64,000 nt of DNA from an uncultured Mediterraneibacter sp. (lineage in GTDB: Bacteria; Bacillota; Clostridia; Lachnospirales; Lachnospiraceae), in the NCBI GenBank assembly GCA_944375765.1, contig CALWAR010000054.1:4535-68534 (forward strand), read 5' to 3'. Positions 37,198-46,788 of this stretch are shown here, piece by piece. Each line of letters starts with the position of its first letter. Position 1 is the stretch's first letter. The translations under genes were made by a program, and so were the position numbers. The notes below the pieces were generated by a model that was not told where the DNA came from, searched no databases, and worked only from the letters and a program-made list of their open reading frames with translations.

Positions 37198-40191
37198 TTA
37201 TCCGAATATCTTCTTCAGTTCGTCGGCACATCCCAGCTCGAAGTCCGGTTTCATCGGCCATGTTCCCGTGCCCACGACCGCGCAGTCCATCCCTGCCGCT
37301 TTTGCGGCCTCAAGTCCCGCGGGCGCATCCTCCACGACAAGGCACTCCTGAGGCTTTAAGCCCAGTTGTTCCGCCGCCTTTAAGAATACTTCCGGATGCG
37401 GTTTGCTGTGAGTGATCATCGTCCCGTCGCAAACGGCATCAAACGCATCTTCCGCGTCAATGCGCTCAAGGATATAGGGAGCATTCTTGCTCGATGATCC
37501 CACTGCCAGCTTCAGTCCCTTTTCCTTCAGGAAAGAGAGCATCTCTCTCACCGAGGGCAGCATGTCCGACGGCGTCATCTCCGAGAGCAGTTCTCTGTAG
37601 TAAGTATTCTTCTCTTCCGCCAGTTCCTGCTTCCTTTCATCCGTCAGTTTTTCCGTGCTCTTCTCCAGTATGATCTCGAGACTTTCCATCCTGCTCACAC
37701 CCCGGAGCCTGCGGTTGACAGTCTCGTCAAATGGTATGTTCAGTTCGTCTGCGATCTTCTTCCATGCGCGGTAGTGAAACTGATCCGTATGGCACAGCAC
37801 CCCGTCCAGGTCGAAGATCACACCCTTATATTTTGAAGTATCCGCCTCTTCTGTACGGTCGCACACCTCTTTGCCCTCCGCGAGACTGTAAGCCCTGCCG
37901 TTCATCGTGATGCTGATCTTCGGGCCGCTCAGATGAACTGCCGAAATCATTCCCGGAGTCAGTGTTACCCGGATGCGGGCGCCCCGCCAGCAGATGCAGA
38001 ATTCCATTTTTTTCCACGATGCAGGAAGGTGATTCTCCAGCGAGAGCATATCTTCTTCCCATTTCAGCCCTGCGAATCCGCACACGCCGCACTGCCAGAT
38101 ACCGCCCATAGCGGCGCTGTGTATCCCTTCATTGGACGAATACGGGTTCGGTCCCAGATCAATGTCCACCGCATGGCGGTACATATCAAGCGCCATCTGA
38201 TCCATGCCCATCCATGCCGCTACCACGCAGTGCTGTCCATGACTTAAGGAGGAGTCGTGCAGTGTCCTGGACTCGTAGAAGAGGAAGTTCTTCCGCCTTG
38301 TATCATCGTCGAACAGCTCCGGCATGATCCGCAGCAGCATCACAAGGTCCGCCTGTTTTGACACCATGAACCTGTTCATCTGCGCCGGGCTGTAATCCTC
38401 ATATATGGAAGATACCCCCTGCTGCATCCTGTATTTTGTCAGGTCGATCTTCTCCAGCGTCAGGTATTCGTCGTTCTGCGGTACAAGCCCGTCTTCTCCC
38501 GGCGTCGGCAGGTAGATCAGATCCGCTTTTGTCAGGAACTCATTCCTGGCATCTTCCAGGTCGCAGATCTTCTCCAGCCGACTCCTGGCTGTGCTCCACT
38601 CTTTGTCCATGCGTCTGATTACTTCCGCAGCGATCCTCAGGTTATATACCGCCAGATAGTTGGTAAATGCGTTGTTGTCCACGTCTTCTTTATATTCGTC
38701 GGGCCCGATCACTCCGGTGATTTCATAGCGTTCCATGCCGTCGTTCCACTCCAGGCGGCTGGCCCAGAACCTGGCTGTCTCCACCAGCAGTTCGCAGCCG
38801 TATCTGTCCATGAAGTCGTCGTCGCCCGTCGCGTTGTAATACAGCCACACAGCCCATGCGATATCGGCTGTAATGTGATGCTCTCTGATGCCTGTATAGA
38901 TGGGGATGGACTCGCCCGTCACGACATCCGCCGCACCGTAAAGAGGCGTAACCTCGCCGTCATCCAGCCATGCGCTCTCCCAGGGGAACATCGCCCCTTC
39001 ATAATGGTTTTCCTCTGCTTTGCGGTAAGCCCCCGGCAGTGTCCGGTAGCGATACTCAAGGAGCGTCCGCGCTGCGGACGGATCTGTCATGAGATAGTGC
39101 GGGAGCAGGAACATCTCTGTATCCCAGAAAGAGTGTCCTTTATATCCCTCTCCCGTCATACCTTTTGCTCCGATACCGACGCGGCTGTCTTTCCTCTGGA
39201 TCATAATATTGAGATGATAGAGGGCAAATCTTACGCCGAGCTGGTCCATCACATTCGGGCTGTCTATGCGCACGTCCATCCTGTCCCAGTAGTCCGACCA
39301 CATAAGCGCAGACTCGTCGAGCAATTCCCCGTAGCTTTTGTCCAGGCATCCGCGTATGTATTCACCTCCGGCTTCTGACACGGGCTCTGTCTCCGTCACG
39401 CCGGCAGGACGTTCCGGTTCCTCGAACTCCATGTCCCGCCCGGTGTGGTAGCATGCTGTCTTTTCCATCAGCAGGCTCTCATCCGCCTCGACAAGAAAGC
39501 GAAATCTTTTTACAAATCTGCGTCTTTCGATCACCGGAAGTTCAAAAGCAGGCTCCTTATTAAAACGGTGCGCACAGTGCACGGCAACCGGGATATCCGA
39601 CTGGCATGTCCTTGTCGTCAGACGCAGGATATCGCCCTCGAGCAGCCTCTTCTCCCCGTCCAGGCAGTGCTGCGCGCCGGTATTCGAGCTTCGCGAACTG
39701 ATACCGCTTTCAATCTCGATCTCAACCGTACCGGACAGCGGCGTGACTTCCATGCTAAATGCCGCTGCGTGTGTCCGGGCCAGAGACACAAATCTGCGGA
39801 AGCAGAACTTTATCCTGTTTTTAGACGGGCTCTCCCATGTCACGTCTCTTATGTATTCGCCGTTCCTCAGATCCAGTCTGCGGGAGTAAGCAAGTACTTT
39901 TCCCCTGTCCATGGAGAAGCGTTCTTTATTAATCCTGATCACGAGTCCCGTCACATCGGGCAGATTGGGCAGTTCTGTCACTTCGTCCTCCATCGCCTTG
40001 TTGAATGTACCCGCGATAAACGTATTTCTGCACTGCCCTACATAGTCTTCTTCGAGTGCGCAGCGTATGTTTATATATCCGTTTCCCTGTGCAAATATTG
40101 ATTCGCATTTTGCCATGCAGCGGGAGTCAAATCCCGCCTCCTCTATCATCCATCCGCCCGGAGCGGCGTTATAGTTCATATGATAGTTCAT
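37198..40191 (-). CDS. Fusion protein: GH65 disaccharide phosphorylase (maltose/kojibiose/trehalose-type) plus beta-phosphoglucomutase
   Basis: The N-terminal ~770 aa carry GH65 signatures (GHSFWDTEMFLLP, VSKQADLVMLL). The C-terminal ~220 aa form a HAD-type beta-PGM (IFDLDGVLCHTD, RGVSRMESLEIIL). Confidence 0.85.
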   Translation of the reverse strand: MNYHMNYNAAPGGWMIEEAGFDSRCMAKCESIFAQGNGYINIRCALEEDYVGQCRNTFIAGTFNKAMEDEVTELPNLPDVTGLVIRINKERFSMDRGKVLAYSRRLDLRNGEYIRDVTWESPSKNRIKFCFRRFVSLARTHAAAFSMEVTPLSGTVEIEIESGISSRSSNTGAQHCLDGEKRLLEGDILRLTTRTCQSDIPVAVHCAHRFNKEPAFELPVIERRRFVKRFRFLVEADESLLMEKTACYHTGRDMEFEEPERPAGVTETEPVSEAGGEYIRGCLDKSYGELLDESALMWSDYWDRMDVRIDSPNVMDQLGVRFALYHLNIMIQRKDSRVGIGAKGMTGEGYKGHSFWDTEMFLLPHYLMTDPSAARTLLEYRYRTLPGAYRKAEENHYEGAMFPWESAWLDDGEVTPLYGAADVVTGESIPIYTGIREHHITADIAWAVWLYYNATGDDDFMDRYGCELLVETARFWASRLEWNDGMERYEITGVIGPDEYKEDVDNNAFTNYLAVYNLRIAAEVIRRMDKEWSTARSRLEKICDLEDARNEFLTKADLIYLPTPGEDGLVPQNDEYLTLEKIDLTKYRMQQGVSSIYEDYSPAQMNRFMVSKQADLVMLLRIMPELFDDDTRRKNFLFYESRTLHDSSLSHGQHCVVAAWMGMDQMALDMYRHAVDIDLGPNPYSSNEGIHSAAMGGIWQCGVCGFAGLKWEEDMLSLENHLPASWKKMEFCICWRGARIRVTLTPGMISAVHLSGPKISITMNGRAYSLAEGKEVCDRTEEADTSKYKGVIFDLDGVLCHTDQFHYRAWKKIADELNIPFDETVNRRLRGVSRMESLEIILEKSTEKLTDERKQELAEEKNTYYRELLSEMTPSDMLPSVREMLSFLKEKGLKLAVGSSSKNAPYILERIDAEDAFDAVCDGTMITHSKPHPEVFLKAAEQLGLKPQECLVVEDAPAGLEAAKAAGMDCAVVGTGTWPMKPDFELGCADELKKIFG

Positions 40192-40215
40192 AAGTCATCT
40201 CCTTTATGCCGTAAA

Positions 40216-41049
40216 TTATCCTTTGATGCCTGTCGACGCCATACTTACCTGCACCTGTTCCTGCGCGAATATATAGAGTATGATTCCCGGCAGGACAACG
40301 ATGGTGAGCGCCGCAAAAAGTTGTGTGTAATTATACGAAAATTCGCTTGTAAAATAACTTAAAGCGATCGGGAGTGTCCTCTGTGAATCCGACATGGTGA
40401 GCAGCGACGCAAAGTAGTACTCATTCCAGTTGTTCAGAAACATCAGGATGCCGGCCGTAGCAAGAGCGCCTCTCGCAAGGGGCAGGTTAATAGACCAGAA
40501 CACCCTCATAAATCCCGCGCCATCCACGATCGCCGCCTCATCCAGCGATTTAGGGATAGACATGAAGCCGGCCCTAAGGATAAAGATGGACATCGCCATG
40601 CCCGTTGACAGATAGACCAGCGTCACGCCCCACAGATTGTCATAGAGTCCCAGGTTCATGATCAGTCTGAAAATCGGCTGCGTCTTGCTGTGCGCAGGCA
40701 CGAGCAGCGTCACTGTAAACAGCACGAACAGAAGCGTCCGTCCCGGAAAGCGGTATTTCGCCAGCACATATCCGCCCATCGCGAAGAACAAAAGCGACAC
40801 GATCGTGGATACTCCCGCCGCTAAAAGTGAATTGAGAAAATACTGCGGGAAATTATAGTTTTCAAACAAATGTATAAATACGTCAAATGAAACAGAGGTG
40901 GGCAGAGCCAGTGGATCGCTCAGTATTTCCCCGTTCGTCTTAAAAGCGGACATAATCACCCACAGGATCGGGAATACCGAGATTACGATAACAAATATCT
41001 CCAGAAAATAGATGAATACCCTGCTTGCTCCTTTTTTTAATGTCAGCAT
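40216..41049 (-). CDS. Carbohydrate ABC transporter permease
   Basis: Polytopic protein with the EAA-loop region PKSLDEAAIVDGAG. The start ATG follows GGAGGTGGAG. Confidence 0.88.
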   Translation of the reverse strand: MLTLKKGASRVFIYFLEIFVIVISVFPILWVIMSAFKTNGEILSDPLALPTSVSFDVFIHLFENYNFPQYFLNSLLAAGVSTIVSLLFFAMGGYVLAKYRFPGRTLLFVLFTVTLLVPAHSKTQPIFRLIMNLGLYDNLWGVTLVYLSTGMAMSIFILRAGFMSIPKSLDEAAIVDGAGFMRVFWSINLPLARGALATAGILMFLNNWNEYYFASLLTMSDSQRTLPIALSYFTSEFSYNYTQLFAALTIVVLPGIILYIFAQEQVQVSMASTGIKG

Positions 41050-41062
41050 GTCTCCACCTCCT

Positions 41063-41974
41063 CTAATAGTCTGACTCATTCATTCGGAACGCCTTGTTGA
41101 TGATTCCCATCATGATCAGTCCGATGACGAACATCAGGACTCCGATCGCATTGGCATATCCGTATCTGTAGTCTGTCACCGCATTGACAAGCAGGATCGG
41201 AAGGCTCATCGTGTCATTGCCCGGACCGCCCGCTGTTGTAAGCGAAATCTGTTCATACATGGTGATCCTTGATGTGATCGAGGCGATCACTCCTGTTGCG
41301 ATCGCATTCCGGCACAGGGGAAGCTGGATATAACGTATGGTCTGCCAGCCTTTCGCCCCGTCGATCACAGCCGCTTCATTGAGTTCCTGCGGAATATTCA
41401 TCAGATCTCCCAGAACAAGGAGCGTGACAATGACCGCATAGAACAGCCATGTAAATGTAACCGCCCAGAACGCCCACGGAGACGAGAAAAACCACTGTAC
41501 CTCAAAGTCGGGGTTGAACTTGCGTATAATAGAATTTAATATTCCGAAGTCGTTGTTGAAAAAGAATCTGTAGATCATCGCCCATGCAGCCGCACTGATG
41601 ACATTCGGGATCATAAATACGGCACGGGTGACTTTCCATCCTCTTTTGCGCTGATAGAGTATAAAGGCCATCAGCGTTCCAAACCCCACATGCAGGAACA
41701 TGGCGATCAAAGACCACAAAAGCAGGTTCTTCAAAGAGATAAGAAATGAACTGCTCGTAAACAGGTTCTGATAGTTCGTCAGTCCATTGAATACCGGGTC
41801 GTTAAACCCGTCCCACTGCGTAAATGACGTCACGAACACCTGGACGATCGGAACCAGATAGAACATGAGGAAAATAACCGTTGTTGGCAGCAGGAACAGA
41901 TATATCCATTTATAGTTCTTTTTCTCCCAGTGAGTATTGGATATATGTCCCGGCTTTATGCCTTTTTTCTTCAT
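41063..41974 (-). CDS. Carbohydrate ABC transporter permease
   Basis: Polytopic protein with PQELNEAAVIDGAKGWQ. Confidence 0.88.
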   Translation of the reverse strand: MKKKGIKPGHISNTHWEKKNYKWIYLFLLPTTVIFLMFYLVPIVQVFVTSFTQWDGFNDPVFNGLTNYQNLFTSSSFLISLKNLLLWSLIAMFLHVGFGTLMAFILYQRKRGWKVTRAVFMIPNVISAAAWAMIYRFFFNNDFGILNSIIRKFNPDFEVQWFFSSPWAFWAVTFTWLFYAVIVTLLVLGDLMNIPQELNEAAVIDGAKGWQTIRYIQLPLCRNAIATGVIASITSRITMYEQISLTTAGGPGNDTMSLPILLVNAVTDYRYGYANAIGVLMFVIGLIMMGIINKAFRMNESDY

Positions 41975-42056
41975 AAGACAATTTCCTTTCTTTTAGCACG
42001 CACGCCCGTCTGTAACGGCGGGCGTGCTGGACAGATCTCTGTTCTGCTGTAAGTCT

Positions 42057-43406
42057 CTACTCTGCTGTCGCTTCCTGAGCCGCAGTTGTAAGCTGAGCGC
42101 AGAATTCCTCTGCTGTAAGTGTGCCGTCTGCAAGTGACGGAAGCAGTCGGCTCAGATCAGAAGTTCCCACAGATGACGGGATGACGTCAAGAATGCACGG
42201 TGCGAATACTGTATCTTCTGTCGTATCTGCCGCAAGGTCAGCAAGTACCTGAGTCTCTCCCTGCTGTGTAACAAAGTTTTCGCTGTACTCAAGGTTCGGA
42301 GCGTCTCCGCCCTCTGCGAGAAGATATGCCTCAAGCTCTTCCGGTGTATAGATGAACTCGATGAACGCCAGCGCGCACTCTCTCTCTTCTTCAGTTGCTT
42401 CCGCAGAGATCCACCACTCTCCGTAGTTCTGTGTCTGAGCGATGCCGACCTGGCCCGGGAAGAGAGACGCTCTTACGTTGGCGCCGTCAAATCCGTTGCT
42501 CCAGTTTGCAGAATTGGTCTCTTCAAAGTCTGTTGACATCCACGGACCGTTCGCGATGATCGACGCCTGAGAGCTCATGAACGCATTTGCCGCATCAGGA
42601 TAAGCTGCCCCGATTGAGTTGGCAGAAGCGTTGTTCTGGAGCAGGCTCTGGAGTTTCTCCACAGCGCTTACGATCTGCGGCTGACTGAGGTCTGTTATCT
42701 TCTCTTCGATCCCGCTGTTGAGCAGATCCACGCCGCCATCTTCATCTGCGATCAGTGCAGTCAGGAACAGTGCGCTTACCCATGCGTTCTCCGCTGTGGA
42801 GAATGCGATCTGCTGGTCGCCTATAAGCTCGATGAACTCGTCCATTGTCATTGCACTCAGATCCTGGTCCGCTACGTCCCACATTGCGCTGTTGTAGAAG
42901 AATCCGGTCGGTCTGACTGTCGCCAGCGGCACACTGTAGATGGCGCCGTCATCTTCTGTACAGTATTCGACCGCGTCGTCAAGCATCAATGCTTCGATAT
43001 CAGGATTATCTGCCAGCCAGTCGCTGATATCATATGCCATGCCGTTCGGGAACACGACCGTCCTGAGCCATTCTTTATCTCCGCCCTGCACAAGCGGCGG
43101 AAGCGCGTTCTGCTGTGCAAGCTGTTTCATCTGGTCGTTGAACACATCTTCTGTCACATTTTCAAGTTCGATGTGGTATGTTCCCTCATACTGTTCGTTA
43201 AAGCGTTCCACCTGGGGCTCAAAGAATACCGCGCCCACATTTTCCCCCGTCTTATAGGACGGGATCGTAATCGTGATCTCTCCGGAATCTCCGCCGGAAC
43301 CCTCCCCGCCGGATGAACTTCCTCCGCCGTTCGACGAAGCGCCGCACCCCGTTGAAACAAGCATAAGACCTGCCAGTAACGCTGCTAAAAATTGTTTCTT
43401 TTTCAT
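42057..43406 (-). CDS. Sugar ABC transporter substrate-binding lipoprotein
   Basis: Signal peptide with lipobox LVSTGC and a Gly/Ser linker. 449 aa. Confidence 0.85.
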   Translation of the reverse strand: MKKKQFLAALLAGLMLVSTGCGASSNGGGSSSGGEGSGGDSGEITITIPSYKTGENVGAVFFEPQVERFNEQYEGTYHIELENVTEDVFNDQMKQLAQQNALPPLVQGGDKEWLRTVVFPNGMAYDISDWLADNPDIEALMLDDAVEYCTEDDGAIYSVPLATVRPTGFFYNSAMWDVADQDLSAMTMDEFIELIGDQQIAFSTAENAWVSALFLTALIADEDGGVDLLNSGIEEKITDLSQPQIVSAVEKLQSLLQNNASANSIGAAYPDAANAFMSSQASIIANGPWMSTDFEETNSANWSNGFDGANVRASLFPGQVGIAQTQNYGEWWISAEATEEERECALAFIEFIYTPEELEAYLLAEGGDAPNLEYSENFVTQQGETQVLADLAADTTEDTVFAPCILDVIPSSVGTSDLSRLLPSLADGTLTAEEFCAQLTTAAQEATAE

Positions 43407-43452
43407 AATTACTCTCCTTTCATACGTACATGAATGTACTGTATCAGTTTCC

Positions 43453-43466
43453 CGAAAACGTTTTTG
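43453..43466. promoter_or_regulatory. LacI-type operator upstream of the sugar ABC operon
   Basis: CGAAAACGTTTTTG is a near-perfect CG-centred palindrome. It is preceded by AGTTTCC, as at the second site. Confidence 0.6.
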
Positions 43467-43552
43467 AAAATGTGTCTGAAAAAAGCGGCATTTAAATATT
43501 ACCGCTTAACGCCCCCGCATTTACTGCGGGAAACGTTCGCTATGCGTTCCGC

Positions 43553-44578
43553 CTACGCGTCCACTTTCTTCACGCTGCCGCGTATCTCCAGCTTGTGCGG
43601 GAGGATCAGATCCTGGGCCGGCCGTATCCCCTCTATCATATCATACAGGAGATGCGCCGCTTCATACCCTTTGTCCTTGATATTCTGATCTACTGTTGTG
43701 ATCTTCGGATCCGTGTACTCTGTGACATAGATCCCGTCATAACCGACGACCGAATAATCTTCCGGCACCCTGCGCCCTGCTCCTTTCAGAGCTTCGATCG
43801 TACCGACCGCGAGCATGTCGCTCATGCACAGGAATGCAGTCACTCCCTCTTTGCCGTGTTCCCTTATGAACTCAGCAACGCCGGCGCTTGCTTCCTCTTT
43901 GAGGAAATTCGTGTAGATAATGTACTCTTTCGGCAGTTCCAGACCGTTTCTATGCATCGCATTCACGGCGCCCTCCATCCGCTGCGCTGTGACCGCGGCA
44001 TTTTTTCTGCCGCATACAAGAGCGATATTCCGATGCCCCTGATCGATCAGGTACTGCGTCAGTTCTTCAAACGCCGCCACATGATCGTTCGTCACATTGC
44101 TGACGTTCTCTCCGCTGACCTCTACGTCGATCGTCACGCAGGGTTTTCTGCTCTCTTCCAGACTTTTGAAATACGGATCTGTATTTTTCAGTCCGAAGAT
44201 GACAGCGCCCGCGATATTGTGCTCGTAACAAAGCTGTTCGTAGCTCTTTTCCTCCTGTATCCTTGTGTTGATCACATGCATCGATATCTCCAGATCATGT
44301 TCGATCGCAAACTGATAACATCCTTTCATCAGCATTGTCTCGAAATCATTGAACATCACATCCTCCAGAAATCCTGAAAGGATCAACGCGATGTTCCTGG
44401 AATGCTTTGATGACAGGCTCTTTGCCACAAGATTCGGGCGGTACTGCAGCTCTTTCGCAACTTCGAGGATCCGCTCCCTTGTCTTTGCGCTGATATCCGG
44501 ATAATTGTTCATGGCTCTCGACACTGTTCCTACCGAAACGCCTGCCGCTTTTGCCACATCTTGAATCGTCGCCGTCAT
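43553..44578 (-). CDS. LacI-family transcriptional regulator
   Basis: HTH ATIQDVAKAAGVSVGTVSRAMNN with a periplasmic-binding-protein-like core. The start ATG lies 8 nt after GGAGG. Confidence 0.92.
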   Translation of the reverse strand: MTATIQDVAKAAGVSVGTVSRAMNNYPDISAKTRERILEVAKELQYRPNLVAKSLSSKHSRNIALILSGFLEDVMFNDFETMLMKGCYQFAIEHDLEISMHVINTRIQEEKSYEQLCYEHNIAGAVIFGLKNTDPYFKSLEESRKPCVTIDVEVSGENVSNVTNDHVAAFEELTQYLIDQGHRNIALVCGRKNAAVTAQRMEGAVNAMHRNGLELPKEYIIYTNFLKEEASAGVAEFIREHGKEGVTAFLCMSDMLAVGTIEALKGAGRRVPEDYSVVGYDGIYVTEYTDPKITTVDQNIKDKGYEAAHLLYDMIEGIRPAQDLILPHKLEIRGSVKKVDA

Positions 44579-44598
44579 ACCTGCTGCCTCCAAGTTTC

Positions 44599-44612
44599 CA
44601 AAAACGTTTTTG
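44599..44612. promoter_or_regulatory. LacI-type operator upstream of the regulator gene
   Basis: Perfect 14-bp palindrome CAAAAACGTTTTTG, preceded by AGTTTCC. Confidence 0.6.
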
Positions 44613-44689
44613 TTAATTTATTTTTATCATACTTCGGCAGTATAGTCAATTGATTTTTCTTACAAAATCACATTTTGTCTATTTTCGCC

Positions 44690-44729
44690 AAAAAAAGTCG
44701 TCTGCCGTAAATGACAGACGATTTTTTTT
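44690..44729. terminator. Bidirectional terminator downstream of the FHA gene
   Basis: TCGTCTG / CAGACGA stem flanked by A7 and T8. Confidence 0.7.
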
Positions 44730-44737
44730 GTGATTTT

Positions 44738-45289
44738 TTACCCGTCAGATTCCCTGAGTATCCTCTGTACCTCCAGCCTCGTCTCTCCAAGTCCGATAAT
44801 GTCGTCCCTCTGGAGGACCTCCGGCTCGCCGATCCGCTCTCCGTTCAGGAAAGTCCCGTTTCTCGAGCCTTCGTCTTTCAGGTATAGTTTGTCGCCTTTA
44901 TGAATAATGGCGCAGTGTATCTTGGATACTCTTCCATCGCTCAGGATCGGAAGATACTTCTCATACATACTGCCGTCCTTACCCCGTCCGATACCTACTG
45001 CATCGTAAAATGTAAACGTGTATTTGTCCCAACTGTCGATATCTTCCAGTACGATCTTCCACTGACGTCTTTTCTTTTTTTTCAGCCGGCTGTCCGGTTC
45101 TTCTTCCGTTTCCTGCCTGCGCCTGCGCGCCGGTTTCCCGTCGTCTCCGTCGTCTTCCCTGCGGCGGCGCTTTTGTGTTCCGCCTGTTTCCGCCATATAG
45201 GCCTTGTTTTTCTTTATACTGTTAAATGACACCGCCATCATCCCTGCGCTTCCGCCGAGCAGCACAAACATCACGATCCAATACCACAT
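44738..45289 (-). CDS. FHA-domain membrane-anchored protein
   Basis: N-terminal TM, a highly charged Arg/Glu linker, and a C-terminal FHA fold (GRG...SKIHCAI...DEGSRNGTFLNG). The start was trimmed to MWYW, which follows AGAGGAA. Confidence 0.8.
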   Translation of the reverse strand: MWYWIVMFVLLGGSAGMMAVSFNSIKKNKAYMAETGGTQKRRRREDDGDDGKPARRRRQETEEEPDSRLKKKKRRQWKIVLEDIDSWDKYTFTFYDAVGIGRGKDGSMYEKYLPILSDGRVSKIHCAIIHKGDKLYLKDEGSRNGTFLNGERIGEPEVLQRDDIIGLGETRLEVQRILRESDG

Positions 45290-45472
45290 GTTGTATTCCT
45301 CTCTTTCAAAGTTTAATAGTACTATACTTTTGGCCTGCGGGCAAGTAAAATGTAGCTTTTTGTCGAAACAGGTGTAAAACTGCTCCTTCTGTGTTAGAAT
45401 ATCTTCAGATACTGTAAAATATGCCCCTCCGCCGCCAAACGTGCTGCGGAGCAAAAAAAAAGGAGACAACTT

Positions 45473-46708
45473 ATGAGTATGATACAGCCTTTCAGAGGCA
45501 TCCGCCCGGCGCGGGATCTCGCGGCCTCCGTCGCCGCACTTCCATACGACGTATACAACAGCGATGAGGCAAGAAAGATCGTCTCTTCCAATCCGATGTC
45601 ATTTCTCAGGATCGACCGTGCCGAGACACTTCTCCCAGAGGGAACTGATCCGTATTCTCCCCAGGTCTATGAAACGGCACGGCGCACGCTCGACGAAATG
45701 ATAGCTGACGGGTCTTTTATACAGGATACATATGACTGCTACTATATATATGCGCTCACAATGGAGGGGAGGACTCAGACCGGGCTTGTGGCCTGCGCTT
45801 CCATAGACGACTATATGAGCGGAGTCATCCTCAGGCATGAGAATACACTGGCTGCAAAGGAAGAAGACCGTATCCGGCATGTAGACGCCTGCAGCGCCCA
45901 GACCGGGCCGATTTTCCTCACGTACCGTCCCTGCCTGAGACTCCGTCAGATACTCAGGGAAATCTGTCAGGAGAACCCGCTCTATGATTTTACCAGCGAC
46001 GACGGGATCAGGCATCAGGTGTGGAAGATCGACAGCCGGGAATATATCGATAATATTTCTCAGCTTTTCGTCGGGATCCCGCATCTGTATATTGCCGACG
46101 GCCATCACCGGGCGGCGTCCGCCGTCAGGGTCGGACTGCAGCGCAGAGCCGCCGATCCGGACTTTTCCGGAGACGAGGAGTACAACCGTTTCCTTTCTGT
46201 GCTCTTCCCGGCAGATGAGCTTAAGATCTATGATTATAATCGTGTCGTAGTCGACAGGAATGGGTGTACATTTTCAGAATTTCTTGATAAGATAAAGGAC
46301 AGGTTTCAGCCTGAGCCTGTTCCGTCCGGCCCTTACCGGCCTGTCCGCAAAGGGGAATTCGGCCTCTATACAGAAGGCTCCTGGTATCGTCTGGCCGCCG
46401 ATCCTTCTATATTTACCGGGGATCCGGTCAGAGATCTGGACGTGTCGGTGCTGCAGGACTATATCCTGGATCCGGTGTTCGGCATCAGAGATCCGAAGAC
46501 AGATCCACGCATACGTTTCATCGGCGGGATACGGGGACTTAACGCTCTGGAACAGGCTGCCGACGAAAGCGGCGGCGCGGCGTTCTCCATGTATCCCACG
46601 TCAATGGAGGAACTGCTCGCCGTAGCCGACGCAGGCCGGCTTATGCCGCCCAAATCCACATGGTTTGAACCTAAGCTCCGAAGCGGGCTGTTTATCCACC
46701 GGTTCTGA
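45473..46708 (+). CDS. DUF1015-family protein
   Basis: 411 aa with the N-terminus IQPFRGIRP...LPYDVY, characteristic of DUF1015. Confidence 0.75.
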   Translation: MSMIQPFRGIRPARDLAASVAALPYDVYNSDEARKIVSSNPMSFLRIDRAETLLPEGTDPYSPQVYETARRTLDEMIADGSFIQDTYDCYYIYALTMEGRTQTGLVACASIDDYMSGVILRHENTLAAKEEDRIRHVDACSAQTGPIFLTYRPCLRLRQILREICQENPLYDFTSDDGIRHQVWKIDSREYIDNISQLFVGIPHLYIADGHHRAASAVRVGLQRRAADPDFSGDEEYNRFLSVLFPADELKIYDYNRVVVDRNGCTFSEFLDKIKDRFQPEPVPSGPYRPVRKGEFGLYTEGSWYRLAADPSIFTGDPVRDLDVSVLQDYILDPVFGIRDPKTDPRIRFIGGIRGLNALEQAADESGGAAFSMYPTSMEELLAVADAGRLMPPKSTWFEPKLRSGLFIHRF

Positions 46709-46788
46709 CCGGACGGACAGGATCGTCCGACGGACTGCACAGCGTGCGAAAGCCGGCTGTTTTTAATATTGAAAGGGAGATGTGATTC

